Source: Candidatus Gottesmanbacteria bacterium RIFCSPHIGHO2_01_FULL_40_15
Lineage (GTDB): Bacteria > Patescibacteriota > Microgenomatia > 2-02-FULL-39-11
Assembly (NCBI GenBank): GCA_001779115.1
Contig: MFJF01000015.1
Span: 86,491-150,490 of the forward strand
Length of the DNA: 64,000 bases
Reading direction: 5' to 3'
Part shown: piece after piece, positions 46,225-56,795 of the stretch
Layout of the letters: every line of letters begins with the position of its first letter
How positions within the stretch are numbered: the first letter of the stretch is position 1
The notes under the pieces: generated by a model
Database searches by the model: none
Told to the model about the DNA's origin: nothing
The model's input: the letters and a program-made list of their open reading frames with translations, nothing else
Position numbers and translations under genes: made by a program

Positions 46225-47907
46225 ATGAACAGGCGATTGTCACTCGTATTCATTATATTTCTTGTACTTTTTGCGGTGATTTATTCCCGTCTCTTTTTCT
46301 GGCAGGTGATATCTGCCGAATCACTTAAAGGTTTTGCCCAAAGCCAGACGGGGCGGTCGCGGGTAGTCAAAGCCAAAAGAGGCAGCATTTTTTCCTCAGA
46401 TGAGTCTCCTCTGGTTATCAATCAACCCAGTTTTCTGATTTACGCTCAACCGCACTTGGTTAAAGATAAATTAAAGCTAACAAATACCTTATCTGAAATC
46501 CTGGAAATTGATGAAGCGAGCATTTCAGCCAAATTGGAAGACTCTGTTGAACTTAAATGGGTATCTCTGGCCGAGAAAATCGAAGCCGGTAAGGCCGGAG
46601 AAATTAAAGAGAAAAATTTGGCAGGAATCGGTTTATCTCAGGATTTCAAGCGTTATTACCCTGAAAGTTCCATGGCTGCCCATTTATTGGGATTTGTCGG
46701 AAAAAATCATAACGGACAAGACCAGGGGTATTTCGGATTGGAAGGGTATTATGATGAACAGCTGAAAGGCCGGACCGGTCTGATAAACGAAGAAAAAGAC
46801 GCTTTAGGAAATCCCATTCTGGCCGGATTAAGGGAAATAATAGCTCCCAATGACGGCAACAACCTTTACCTGACCGTTGATAAAACAGTTCAGTTTATTG
46901 TTGAGGAAAAATTGAAAAAAGGAATGGAAAAATACGGAGCCGCAGAAGGTACTGTCGTTGTAATGAATCCTCAAACGGGGGCTCTACGGGCCATGGCTTC
47001 TTATCCTTCATATGATCTAATAAGTCGTGAGAACTTCAATACCCGGTTATATAAAAATCCCGCTGTTTCATCTTCATTTGAACCCGGTTCCACCTTCAAA
47101 GTTTTAATAATGGCGGCGGCAATCAATGAAAACAGCGTTTCCCCCAATGATGAATATGACGAATCGGGTCCGCTTGAGTTGGGTGCCTACACCATTAAAA
47201 CATGGGATCAGAAGTACCATGGATTGATCAAAATTCCGCAAATATTACAATATTCATCCAATGTGGGCATGGTATATATTTCCGAAAAGCTTGGGAATGA
47301 TAAAATGTTTTCATATTTGGATAATCTCGGAATGGGGCGTCTGACGGGAATTGACCTTCAGGATGAATCATCACCCGATTTGCGTTCCAAAGACAGTTGG
47401 AAGAAAATCGATTTTGCTACCGCCTCATTCGGACAGGGTATTGCTGTTACGCCTCTCCAGATGATCAGGATGGTCTCAGCCATAGCCAATGGCGGTAAAC
47501 TGGTAAAACCATACATCGTTGACCGCATAATTGACTTTTCGGGCAGGACAATTAGCAATAAACCGCAAATAGTCAAAAAAATCTTCAAAAAGGAAACCGC
47601 TTCAATAGTAACGGAAATGATGGTTAACGCTGTGGAAAAAGGGGAGACCAAATTCTTAAAACCGGTCGGGATAAGGATAGCCGGCAAAACCGGAACTGCC
47701 CAAATACCGATCGCCGGTCATTACGATACGCAAAAAACCATTGCTTCATTTGTCGGTTTCTTCCCGGCTGATGACCCTAAACTGATAATGCTGGTGACTT
47801 TAAGGGAGCCGACTTCCTCACCCTGGGGATCGGAAACCGCCGCTCCGCTGTTTTTTGATATCAGTAAAGAACTGATCAAGTATTACAACCTCCCGTTATC
47901 CAATTGA
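46225..47907 (+). CDS. ftsI: Peptidoglycan D,D-transpeptidase (class B PBP, FtsI-like)
   Basis: N-terminal TM anchor and transpeptidase motifs STFK ('GSTFKVLIMAAAI'), SSN ('YSSNVG') and KTG ('GKTGTAQ'). Confidence 0.8.
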   Translation: MNRRLSLVFIIFLVLFAVIYSRLFFWQVISAESLKGFAQSQTGRSRVVKAKRGSIFSSDESPLVINQPSFLIYAQPHLVKDKLKLTNTLSEILEIDEASISAKLEDSVELKWVSLAEKIEAGKAGEIKEKNLAGIGLSQDFKRYYPESSMAAHLLGFVGKNHNGQDQGYFGLEGYYDEQLKGRTGLINEEKDALGNPILAGLREIIAPNDGNNLYLTVDKTVQFIVEEKLKKGMEKYGAAEGTVVVMNPQTGALRAMASYPSYDLISRENFNTRLYKNPAVSSSFEPGSTFKVLIMAAAINENSVSPNDEYDESGPLELGAYTIKTWDQKYHGLIKIPQILQYSSNVGMVYISEKLGNDKMFSYLDNLGMGRLTGIDLQDESSPDLRSKDSWKKIDFATASFGQGIAVTPLQMIRMVSAIANGGKLVKPYIVDRIIDFSGRTISNKPQIVKKIFKKETASIVTEMMVNAVEKGETKFLKPVGIRIAGKTGTAQIPIAGHYDTQKTIASFVGFFPADDPKLIMLVTLREPTSSPWGSETAAPLFFDISKELIKYYNLPLSN

Positions 47908-47958
47908 TGTGAATTTATCTGTTTTTCATGTTTTTTGCTATAATTAGCTCCGTTTCTA

Positions 47959-49212
47959 ATGCAATTCCTTAAGAATCTGGCCCATTTGTTAACAGCAATT
48001 CTTGCCTGTTTCTATTACCGCTTTCCCGGCCGTTCTTTGACGGTTGTCGGAATTACCGGTACAGACGGAAAAACAACCACAAGCTCACTGGTTTATCATA
48101 TTTTGGCATCAGCCGGATTGCCGGTAGCGCTGGTAACAACTGTCGGAGCAAATATCGGTAATAAATTCTATGACACCGGCTTTCATGTCACGACTCCTTC
48201 TCCTTTCAGTTTGCAGCGTCTGATGCGGCGCGCGGTTAAATCAGGCAGCCGGTATCTGGTACTGGAAGTCACGTCGCACGCCCTTGATCAGTTCCGGACA
48301 TTGGGTACCCCGATAAATATTGCTTTGATAACCAATATTTCCCATGAGCATCTGGATTACCACCGGACTTTTAACAGTTATAAAAATGCCAAAGCAAAAA
48401 TACTTCGCGGCGGGGGACTTGCCGTTTTAAACAGGGATGATAAAAATTATGATTACTTAAGGAAAAGGACAAAACGGAAAATTATCTCCTTTTCTCTTAA
48501 AGACAAGGCAGATTATACATATAAAGATTTCCCGTTCCGTTCGCTTTTATTCGGTAATTTTAACAAATACAATATTTTGGCAGCCTTTGCGGTTTCCGAT
48601 CTTTTAGGTGTGGAGGAAAAAACCATATACGGGGCAATAGCCGGATTTGAAGGTGTTCCCGGCCGGTTGGAAAATATCAAAAATAAACGCCGGATAAATA
48701 TTTTTATTGACTTTGCCCATAAACCCAATGCCCTCAAAGAAGTTATTTTAGCGGTGCGGACTAAAACTGAAGGTAAAACTATAGTCGTATTCGGTTGCGC
48801 CGGGTTAAGGGACAGGCTAAAAAGGCCTATTATGGGAGAAATTGCCGCGACGCACGCGGATTATACGGTGATTACCGCCGAAGATCCCCGGACTGAGGAT
48901 GTCAGGGTCATTATAAATCAGATAGCTGAAGGGTGTTTAAGAAAAAATGTCAAAGAGATGAAAAAAATTCAATATGGAAGAAAAAACCGACCCGAAGGGA
49001 AAATTCATTTTAAAATTCCCGATCGCCAGGAAGCTATTAATTTTGCCATCAGAGATCTGGCTAAACCGGGTGATACGGTAATAGTTGCCGGCAAAGGACA
49101 TGAAAAGTCCATGTGTTACGGTAAAATTGAATATCCCTGGGATGAAAAAAAGGCTATTTTAAAAGCTCTCTATGGTCCAGTCAAAAATTCTCAAAAAAAT
49201 ACCCTCGGTTGA
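47959..49212 (+). CDS. murE: Mur ligase, MurE-like (UDP-MurNAc-L-Ala-D-Glu:diamino acid ligase), lacking the usual N-terminal domain
   Basis: 'VVGITGTDGKTTT' P-loop, 'LEVTSHAL', 'NISHEHLDYH', 'VFGCAGLRDRLKRPIMGEIA' and 'AGKGHE' match MurE-specific blocks. The 417 aa protein has only about 30 aa before the P-loop. Confidence 0.65.
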   Translation: MQFLKNLAHLLTAILACFYYRFPGRSLTVVGITGTDGKTTTSSLVYHILASAGLPVALVTTVGANIGNKFYDTGFHVTTPSPFSLQRLMRRAVKSGSRYLVLEVTSHALDQFRTLGTPINIALITNISHEHLDYHRTFNSYKNAKAKILRGGGLAVLNRDDKNYDYLRKRTKRKIISFSLKDKADYTYKDFPFRSLLFGNFNKYNILAAFAVSDLLGVEEKTIYGAIAGFEGVPGRLENIKNKRRINIFIDFAHKPNALKEVILAVRTKTEGKTIVVFGCAGLRDRLKRPIMGEIAATHADYTVITAEDPRTEDVRVIINQIAEGCLRKNVKEMKKIQYGRKNRPEGKIHFKIPDRQEAINFAIRDLAKPGDTVIVAGKGHEKSMCYGKIEYPWDEKKAILKALYGPVKNSQKNTLG

Positions 49213-49834
49213 GCATTATTTCCTCAACCGCCGTGATTATTCCGCCAGGCGTTATAATGGTCTTATAAAAAAAAGCGTCTCACCGGAACAGGTCCACTCC
49301 AATAAAGTAGTCCGGATGGAAAAAAATTTCAGAAATAAAATATATACCGGTGCCGACGGCTTGATTGCCGATTTTCCGGTGAGTTTACTGATTAAAACAG
49401 CCGATTGCCTGCCGGTATTTATATGTAATCGGAACCCGCAAATGATAATTGCCCTGCACACCGGTTGGCGGGGTTTATTAAAAGGTATTATAGATAATAT
49501 AAAATTTTCAAAACTTGATAAGTCCGGACTGTCAGGCACGTTTGCCGCCATCGGACCTCATATCCGTTCCTGCTGCTACAAAGTGGAAAATGACGTCTTC
49601 GGAAAATTCAAAAAGTTGTTGCCTTCCACGGTTGGCTTTTTCCGCAACATAAACAATGATAAATATCTTGATTTGTCGGCTGTTGCTATCTTTCAGTTGG
49701 TGAGTGTCGGTCTTGCGCCGGAAAATATTGACGATGTTGCCGTTTGTACCTCATGCGATCCCGCTTACTATTCGTACCGCCGGGATAAAACCGATTACCG
49801 GAATTTCAATTTAATTAAACTTAAAAATGGTTAA
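49172..49834 (+). CDS. pgeF: YfiH/PgeF-family (DUF152) purine-nucleoside phosphorylase / peptidoglycan editing factor
   Basis: 'QVHSNKVV' and 'IKTADCLPVF' match the conserved His and Cys motifs of the YfiH/PgeF family. The true start is probably an internal Met downstream of the murE stop. Confidence 0.6.
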   Translation: MVQSKILKKIPSVEHYFLNRRDYSARRYNGLIKKSVSPEQVHSNKVVRMEKNFRNKIYTGADGLIADFPVSLLIKTADCLPVFICNRNPQMIIALHTGWRGLLKGIIDNIKFSKLDKSGLSGTFAAIGPHIRSCCYKVENDVFGKFKKLLPSTVGFFRNINNDKYLDLSAVAIFQLVSVGLAPENIDDVAVCTSCDPAYYSYRRDKTDYRNFNLIKLKNG

Positions 49835-51263
49835 AAAAAACTCCGGCAATAAATATTATCTGGTCGGAATAAAAGGCGTTGCCATGACGGCAATGGCAGT
49901 TTACCTGAAACAAAAAGGGATGCACGTTGAAGGATCAGATGTTGAAGTTAAATTCCAGACGGACAAAATTTTATATGAAGCCGGAATAAAAATTAAGTCA
50001 GGATTTACAGCCGCAAATATTGACGCTTCAAAAGGCGTAGTCATATCAACAGGCGCTCATGGCGGCGCTACCAACATTGAGTCCAGGCAGGCTCAAAAAC
50101 TGGGTCTGCCTTTTTATATGCACGGGAGGTTTCTTGGTCTGGAAACAAGTTTCTATCGGGACGTGATTGCCGTTTCCGGTTGTCACGGTAAAACCACAAC
50201 GTCGGCAATGACTGCTTTTGTATTATCTGCTGCCGGCTTTGATCCCTCCTATGCCGTCGGTACCGCCTATATTAACGGGCTTGGTCCGGCCGGCCATTTT
50301 GGCCACAGTAAATATTTTATCGCCGAAGCTGATGAATATGTCACCTGTCCCATTACCGACAATACTCCCCGTTTTCATTATCTGGCTCCAAAAACCGCCG
50401 TAATTACCAATATTGAATATGACCACCCTGATATTTATCCCGATTTGGAAAACGTAATTAATGCTTATATTGAATTTACCCGAAAAATGAAACCGGGCGG
50501 GCTTCTGATCGCCTGCATTGACGATCCCCAAGTTTCACAACTTTTACCAAGGATCGATTCTGCCCGGGTAATAACTTACGGATTTTCCCGAAGGGCTGAT
50601 TTCCGTATAGAAAAATTTTATCAAAGTCACGGATTCCAGTTTGCTAAAATAACCGCCAGAAATTTGACCGTTTCTGAATTAATGGTAAAAGTTCCGGGGA
50701 AACATAACCTTCTCAACGCTTTAGCCGCTGCTCTTATTTGCCGGGAATACGGCCTTAACTGGACTTCAATTAAGGATAAACTGAAAAACTTTTCAGGATC
50801 CAGCCGGCGTTTTGAATTGATATTTAAAGGAAAAAAACTTTCACTCTATGATGATTATGCCCACCACCCGACCGAAATTAAAGCTACCCTTAACGCGGCC
50901 AGAAGTTTAGCCGGCCGCCGGCTTTTGATTGTTATTTTTCAGCCTCATACATTTTCCCGGACAAAAAGACTCCTGAATTCATTTGCCTCATCATTTATTG
51001 AGGCTGATAAAGTATTGGTTGCGGACATTTTTCCTTCAGCCCGGGAGCAGCCTGATCCGGCTGTATCGTCAGTCCTTTTAACAGACGAAATGAATAAGTA
51101 TAAAAGGAATGCCCGGTACGTATCAGGTCAAAAAAACGCCCTTAAATATTTGACCAATATTTTGTCCGAAGATTCTATTCTTATTACCATGGGTGCCGGA
51201 GACCTTTATACTTGGCATGATAATCTGATATCTCTTATAAAAAAATATGACCGGGAACTATAA
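49827..51263 (+). CDS. murC: UDP-N-acetylmuramate--L-alanine ligase
   Basis: 'YYLVGIKGVAMTAMAVYLKQKG..V.GSD' N-terminal Rossmann domain plus the 'VSGCHGKTTTSAM' P-loop. Confidence 0.8.
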   Translation: MVKKNSGNKYYLVGIKGVAMTAMAVYLKQKGMHVEGSDVEVKFQTDKILYEAGIKIKSGFTAANIDASKGVVISTGAHGGATNIESRQAQKLGLPFYMHGRFLGLETSFYRDVIAVSGCHGKTTTSAMTAFVLSAAGFDPSYAVGTAYINGLGPAGHFGHSKYFIAEADEYVTCPITDNTPRFHYLAPKTAVITNIEYDHPDIYPDLENVINAYIEFTRKMKPGGLLIACIDDPQVSQLLPRIDSARVITYGFSRRADFRIEKFYQSHGFQFAKITARNLTVSELMVKVPGKHNLLNALAAALICREYGLNWTSIKDKLKNFSGSSRRFELIFKGKKLSLYDDYAHHPTEIKATLNAARSLAGRRLLIVIFQPHTFSRTKRLLNSFASSFIEADKVLVADIFPSAREQPDPAVSSVLLTDEMNKYKRNARYVSGQKNALKYLTNILSEDSILITMGAGDLYTWHDNLISLIKKYDREL

Positions 51264-52245
51264 GAAAATCATAAACAGTTTAGGGAAAAACCGAATCCGC
51301 TTTAATGAAATATTGTCGGGGTATACCAGTTTGAAAATCGGCGGACCGGCTGATCTGTTTTTTAAAGCTTCCACTGTTGAATCCCTGGTTGAAGCTGTTT
51401 TGGCAGCCCGAAACTCTCATACCCCTTTTTTCGTATTGGGCGGAGGCACAAATATTCTTTTTCCCGATGAGGGTTTCCGGGGACTTGTCATCAAAAACGA
51501 AACTTCCCGTATCAGGTTGAGGGGTTTAACCGGTAGAAAATATGAAAAAAAGACCCAAAGTTCTTTTGTTGATAAAGTTTATCTTGAAGTTGACAGCGGA
51601 GTCAGTATTAATCGGTTAGTCAGATTCAGTATTGAACAGAATTTAGCCGGTATGGAATATTTTTTAGGCCAGCCGGGAACTGTTGGCGGAGCTGTTTTTA
51701 TTAATGCACATAATATGAAAGAAGGAGCTTTTTTTGCCGATCGTCTCATTTCAGCAAGAATTTACGGGAAGGATTGTGAAGAAAAAAATGTTCCAGGAGA
51801 ATATTTCCGCTTCGGTTATGACCGGTCCGCCATTCAAAAAACCGGCGAAATTGTATTGACAGTTACCCTGGAATTAAAAATAGGATATAAAAAGTTACTT
51901 TGGGAAAAAGCTAAATCCTGTCTGGAATACAGATTTAAAACACAGCCCGGAGGAGTTTTTACCTGCGGATGTCTTTTCCGTAATATAAAACATAGCGATG
52001 CCATCAGGCTTGTAACACCCGGTTATACCTGTTCGGCCGGATTTCTTTTGGAGTCGGCCGGGTTAAAAGGCAAGGCAGTCGGCCGGGCAATGCTTTCATC
52101 ACATCATGCCAATTTTCTTATCAATATGGGCGGTGCCACGGCTGCCGATGTGTTAAAATTAATAGCACTGATAAAAAACAAAATCACTCAAAAATACGGT
52201 CTTGAATTGGAACCTGAACTGGTCATCGTCCGAAGTTTAAATTAA
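51247..52245 (+). CDS. murB: UDP-N-acetylenolpyruvoylglucosamine reductase
   Basis: 'TSLKIGGPADLF' FAD-binding signature and a C-terminal MurB domain. Confidence 0.8.
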   Translation: MTGNYKKIINSLGKNRIRFNEILSGYTSLKIGGPADLFFKASTVESLVEAVLAARNSHTPFFVLGGGTNILFPDEGFRGLVIKNETSRIRLRGLTGRKYEKKTQSSFVDKVYLEVDSGVSINRLVRFSIEQNLAGMEYFLGQPGTVGGAVFINAHNMKEGAFFADRLISARIYGKDCEEKNVPGEYFRFGYDRSAIQKTGEIVLTVTLELKIGYKKLLWEKAKSCLEYRFKTQPGGVFTCGCLFRNIKHSDAIRLVTPGYTCSAGFLLESAGLKGKAVGRAMLSSHHANFLINMGGATAADVLKLIALIKNKITQKYGLELEPELVIVRSLN

Positions 52246-52274
52246 TTATTATAAACTCATAATATAAAACCGAA

Positions 52275-53600
52275 ATGGACAGATTAATAATTGAAGGCGG
52301 ACATAAGCTTGAGGGAAACATCAGTATAACCGGAGCTAAAAATGTAGCCATGAAAGTTATTCTGACGGGGCTTTTGACCAAAAAAGAGATAGTTGTTGAA
52401 AATGTTCCCTTGATCACGTCAGTTTACGGAACAGCCGATCTGGTAAATCACTTGGGAGTTAATGTGAAAATTTTTGACAATCACACCATGAGAATTAAAG
52501 GCAACGGTTTAAACGGTTTTACTATACCTCTGGATATGGGAGGACTCTACCGAACGGCCACTATGGTAATCGGCCCGCTTCTTCAAAGATTCGGTAAGGC
52601 CATTGTGCCCAATCCCGGGGGTTGCCGGCTGGGCAAGCGTCCGGTTGACTGGCATATATCAGGTTTAAAAGCTTTGGGAGCCCATATCAGTTATAAAGAC
52701 GGATTTTTTTATGCTACAGCGAAAAAATTGAAAGGAGCCCGATTTAAATTTGCTAAAAATACCCATACGGGAACGGAAACCCTTATTCTGGCCGCGGTTA
52801 AAGCAGAAGGAGAAACGGTAATAGAAAATGCTTCGCTTGAACCGGAAGTGGATGACCTGATAAGACTAATAAATCAGATGGGAGGTAAAATCAAAAGAAA
52901 AGATAACCGGGTAATAGTCATAAGCGGAGTTAAAAAACTTAATGGAGCGGATTTCAATATTATGCCCGACCGGAATGAAGCCGTAACATTTGCCGTCGGT
53001 GCTATTTGTTCCGGCGGCCGTCTACTAATTAAAGGCGCCCGGGAAAAAGATCTTTCCAGTTTTTTGGGATACCTGAAAATAATCGGAGCCGGATACCGGA
53101 TTGCCGGTGAGGATACCATTGAATTTTCCGGAAGAAAAAAGCTGAAACCGTCAAATATAACCACCGGACCTTATCCCGGATTCATGACCGACTGGCAGGC
53201 GCCGTGGGCTCTGATGATGACTCAAGCCGCGGGAATGTCCAGTGTGCATGAAAGCGTGTTTGAAGACCGGTTCAGTTATGTTGAACAGTTAAGCAAAATG
53301 GGAGCCAATATTGTTCCTTTCAAGCCGTTGGTTAAAAAACCTGCCAAATTTTATAATTTTAACTGGTCTAAAAAACCGAAAGACCGTTATCAGGCAATAA
53401 GTATCCACGGTAAAACTCCTTTGCACGAAGCCGTCCTGGAAGTTGCTGATTTGCGTGCCGGAGCGACTTTGGTTTTGGCGGCGGTAATTGCCGGAGGAAA
53501 AAGCATAATTTACGGAATTGATCATATTGACCGGGGATATGAAAATATAGCCAGTCGGCTTGGCCGTTTGGGTGTTCCCATTAAAAGGCTTAAAGATTGA
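52275..53600 (+). CDS. murA: UDP-N-acetylglucosamine 1-carboxyvinyltransferase
   Basis: 'MDRLIIEGGHKLEGNISITGAKNVAMKVILTGLL' and the active-site Cys loop 'PGGCRLGKRPVDWHI'. Confidence 0.85.
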   Translation: MDRLIIEGGHKLEGNISITGAKNVAMKVILTGLLTKKEIVVENVPLITSVYGTADLVNHLGVNVKIFDNHTMRIKGNGLNGFTIPLDMGGLYRTATMVIGPLLQRFGKAIVPNPGGCRLGKRPVDWHISGLKALGAHISYKDGFFYATAKKLKGARFKFAKNTHTGTETLILAAVKAEGETVIENASLEPEVDDLIRLINQMGGKIKRKDNRVIVISGVKKLNGADFNIMPDRNEAVTFAVGAICSGGRLLIKGAREKDLSSFLGYLKIIGAGYRIAGEDTIEFSGRKKLKPSNITTGPYPGFMTDWQAPWALMMTQAAGMSSVHESVFEDRFSYVEQLSKMGANIVPFKPLVKKPAKFYNFNWSKKPKDRYQAISIHGKTPLHEAVLEVADLRAGATLVLAAVIAGGKSIIYGIDHIDRGYENIASRLGRLGVPIKRLKD

Positions 53601-53609
53601 AATTTCGAT

Positions 53610-54935
53610 ATGACCGAAGATGTAATTGCCGTTATTTTAGCAGCCGGAGATTCCGGTAGGCTTTGGCCGGTTAAAGATAAACTTAATCTGTATTTTGGGA
53701 ATATCACTCTGTTAAACCATTCGGTGCGTCAGTTAAAAAAAGCCGGAATCAGCCGCTTTATAATAGTCACCGGTAAAAAAAACAGACAGAATATTCAAAG
53801 TTTAATCCCGGAAAAAAATGCCGGAATTTCATTAAATCTGATTGTCCAGGAAAATAATTTGGGCATGGCCGGAGCTATTCTTGCGGCAAAAAATCTTATA
53901 AAGGACAATAAAATTATCGTTGTTGGCCCCTCCGATATTGTCGAGGATTATCTATTTTCAGATTTTAACCGGCTTTTAGCTGGCGACCCGGAAGGTATTT
54001 TTGTCGGCAAAAAGTTGGATTCTTACTCTCCATTGGGTTTTTACGATATTGACGCCGGTACGATTGCCGGTGTCAGGGAAAAACCCGGTCCCAGCAAGGC
54101 AAAAGGTAAACCGGCAGCCATTATACTGGATTATTACCGTGACAGTAATAAACTTTTAACGGCAATTTCGGCAGTCAGATCAACAACTGATGATATTTAT
54201 GAGAAAGCCAAAGACATACTGGTTAGAGACGGCCTTGTGATAAAGCTTTTAAACTATAACGGTTATTGGGGTTATATAAAATATCCCTGGCACATTCTTG
54301 AAGTTGCTTCCTATTTCCTGAATAAATTTCCCGACAAAAAAAATGAAGCGGTTCTCCATGAAACCGTTACAATACGGGGGCCTGTATTTATCGAAGATAA
54401 TGTTACCATCCTGGAAAATGTCAAAATTCTGGGGCCGGTATTCATCGGAAAAAGCAGTCTTATCGGACAAAATTGCCTTATACGGGAATCGGTAATCGGA
54501 GAAGGCAATATTATCGGATTCGGTTCGGAAATAACCAGATCCTATCTGGGATCAAACTGCTGGTTTCATCAAAATTATATTGGAGATTCGGTTGTTTTGG
54601 ATAATACTTCTTTCGGATCAGGTGCGGTAATTGCCAATTACAGGTTGGACGGGGGGAATATCATTTCTGAGGTTGAAGGCAAGAAAATTGACACCAACAG
54701 GACCAAGTTGGGAGCAGTTGTCGGCAGGAATGTCCGAATAGGTGTTAATTCTTCGGTTATGCCCGGAGTAAAAATCGGAGAGAATTCCTTTGTCGGTAGC
54801 GGTGTCGTCTTAAATAGTGATCTGCCTGAAAACAAATATATCGAAGTCCGAAAGGATTCTTACCGGGTTTTAAATAACAAGGTTAATCTAAAGACCGGCG
54901 CTATGGATAAAAATCTCGGAAATTTGAAATTTTGA
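53610..54935 (+). CDS. Bifunctional sugar-1-phosphate nucleotidylyltransferase + hexapeptide acyltransferase (GlmU-like)
   Basis: N-terminal 'IAVILAAGDSGRLWPV' NTP-transferase P-loop and C-terminal left-handed beta-helix repeats (VKILGPVFIGKSSLIGQNCLIRESVIGEGNIIG). It lies immediately upstream of glmS. Confidence 0.5.
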   Translation: MTEDVIAVILAAGDSGRLWPVKDKLNLYFGNITLLNHSVRQLKKAGISRFIIVTGKKNRQNIQSLIPEKNAGISLNLIVQENNLGMAGAILAAKNLIKDNKIIVVGPSDIVEDYLFSDFNRLLAGDPEGIFVGKKLDSYSPLGFYDIDAGTIAGVREKPGPSKAKGKPAAIILDYYRDSNKLLTAISAVRSTTDDIYEKAKDILVRDGLVIKLLNYNGYWGYIKYPWHILEVASYFLNKFPDKKNEAVLHETVTIRGPVFIEDNVTILENVKILGPVFIGKSSLIGQNCLIRESVIGEGNIIGFGSEITRSYLGSNCWFHQNYIGDSVVLDNTSFGSGAVIANYRLDGGNIISEVEGKKIDTNRTKLGAVVGRNVRIGVNSSVMPGVKIGENSFVGSGVVLNSDLPENKYIEVRKDSYRVLNNKVNLKTGAMDKNLGNLKF

Positions 54936-54980
54936 AACAAATTAAAAATTCTGTTGAATAATCACCAGTAGAGAAAAATT

Positions 54981-56783
54981 ATGTGCGGAATATTCGGATA
55001 TATCGGAAATAACAAACAGGCAGCCGATTTGGTCCTGACAGGATTAAAAAGCCTTGAATACCGAGGTTATGATTCATGGGGTATTGCCGCGGTAAACGAA
55101 GGTGGCCGAATTCTTCTCGAAAAAAAAACGGGTAAAATCGGAGCGGCTGAATTTAACTTTAAAAATCATAGCCGGATCGCTATCGGCCACACGCGCTGGG
55201 CTACTCATGGCGGGGTAACAGTTGCCAATGCCCATCCCCATCTTGACTGCACGGGCCACTTTGCCCTTATACATAACGGTATCATAGAAAATTATGATGA
55301 AATAAAAAAAGCGCTTCTAAAGATTGGTCACCGCTTTATATCTGAAACCGATTCTGAAGTAGCCGTGCATTTATTGGAAGAGAATTATAAAAGCCTTATA
55401 AAGAAAAATAAGACAAATTCACAAGACTCTCTTTTCGTCGAAGCACTTAAAATAACTTTTTCAAGTTTCCGGGGACTTAACGCGGTCATTGTCTTAAATG
55501 CGAAGAACCGGACATTTGGTGCTGCCAAAAACGGATCACCCCTTGTGTTGGGTTTTGGGAATAAGGAAAATTATCTGGCTTCAGACAGCCAAGCCATATT
55601 GCCTTATACGAATAAACTGTATTTTATGGAGGATCAGGAATTGGTATTAGTTACCAAGGATCAAATCAAGGTGTTCGATTTGATTTCCGGAAAGGAAAAA
55701 TCCATAAAGCCGGTTTCTGTTTCCTGGAAAACCGAAACTGAAGATAAGGGTAAATTGCCCCACTTTATGCTGAAAGAAATTTTGGATCAGGGAAAGGTAA
55801 TTAAAAACATCGTTACCGACTCCGATGAAAATATAAAAAAATTTGCTTCCCTTATTTCTTCATCCTTTGGAACTTACCTGGTCGGATGCGGAACGGCCGC
55901 CTATGCCTGCCTAACCGGTACTTATATTTTTTCTAAAATTGCCAAAAAACATGTTAATTTTTCAGTTGCCAGCGAATTCGGATATCTGATAGATTTTTTA
56001 ACCGAAAAGAGTCTGGTTATCGGCCTATCCCAATCAGGTGAAACAATTGATCTTATCGATGTCATGAAGAAAGCCAAAGAAAGGGGAGTTAAACTGGGGG
56101 CAATTGTCAACGTGTTGGGATCAACCCTTTACCGGATGACTGATAATAAATTGCTGTTAAACGCGGGAGTGGAAAAAGCAGTTGTATCAACAAAAGCTTT
56201 TACCGCCAAAATTGCCCACCTCCTTTTAATTGCATACGCTTTAACCGGTGACATCAATAAAGGGAAAACGGAACTTCGCAAGGCTGTAGAGATACTGGAA
56301 GAACTTTTTAAACCGTCATCCTTAAACGCGATAAAGACTCTTGCCACAAAATTATACCGCCATAAAAATATATATATTATCGGCCGGGGTATTTCTTATC
56401 CGATAGCCCTTGAATCTGCCTTAAAAATTAAGGAAGCTTCCTACATCCACGCTGAAGGTTTTGCCGGCGGTGAATTAAAACACGGGGTAATCGCTTTGGT
56501 TGAAAAAGGAACTCCCTGTTTGGCCTTTCTTCCTAATGATGAAACTTATTTTGATACGCTTTCGGGAGTCATGGAAATGAAAGCCAGAGGCGGCTTTATC
56601 ATCGGAATAGGTTTCAAAAACCATGAAGTATTTGATGAATTTATTAATTCCGGAGATTGTCAAATGGCCTCAGGCATCCCCAACGTCGTTGTCGGGCAAC
56701 TGCTCGGTTACTATTTGGCATTGTGTCATGGAGTTGATCCTGATAAACCCCGAAATCTCGCTAAATCAGTGACCGTCAAGTAG
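54981..56783 (+). CDS. glmS: Glutamine--fructose-6-phosphate aminotransferase
   Basis: N-terminal nucleophile 'MCGIFGYIGN' followed by two SIS domains. Confidence 0.9.
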   Translation: MCGIFGYIGNNKQAADLVLTGLKSLEYRGYDSWGIAAVNEGGRILLEKKTGKIGAAEFNFKNHSRIAIGHTRWATHGGVTVANAHPHLDCTGHFALIHNGIIENYDEIKKALLKIGHRFISETDSEVAVHLLEENYKSLIKKNKTNSQDSLFVEALKITFSSFRGLNAVIVLNAKNRTFGAAKNGSPLVLGFGNKENYLASDSQAILPYTNKLYFMEDQELVLVTKDQIKVFDLISGKEKSIKPVSVSWKTETEDKGKLPHFMLKEILDQGKVIKNIVTDSDENIKKFASLISSSFGTYLVGCGTAAYACLTGTYIFSKIAKKHVNFSVASEFGYLIDFLTEKSLVIGLSQSGETIDLIDVMKKAKERGVKLGAIVNVLGSTLYRMTDNKLLLNAGVEKAVVSTKAFTAKIAHLLLIAYALTGDINKGKTELRKAVEILEELFKPSSLNAIKTLATKLYRHKNIYIIGRGISYPIALESALKIKEASYIHAEGFAGGELKHGVIALVEKGTPCLAFLPNDETYFDTLSGVMEMKARGGFIIGIGFKNHEVFDEFINSGDCQMASGIPNVVVGQLLGYYLALCHGVDPDKPRNLAKSVTVK

Positions 56784-56795
56784 AATTTTGCATAA

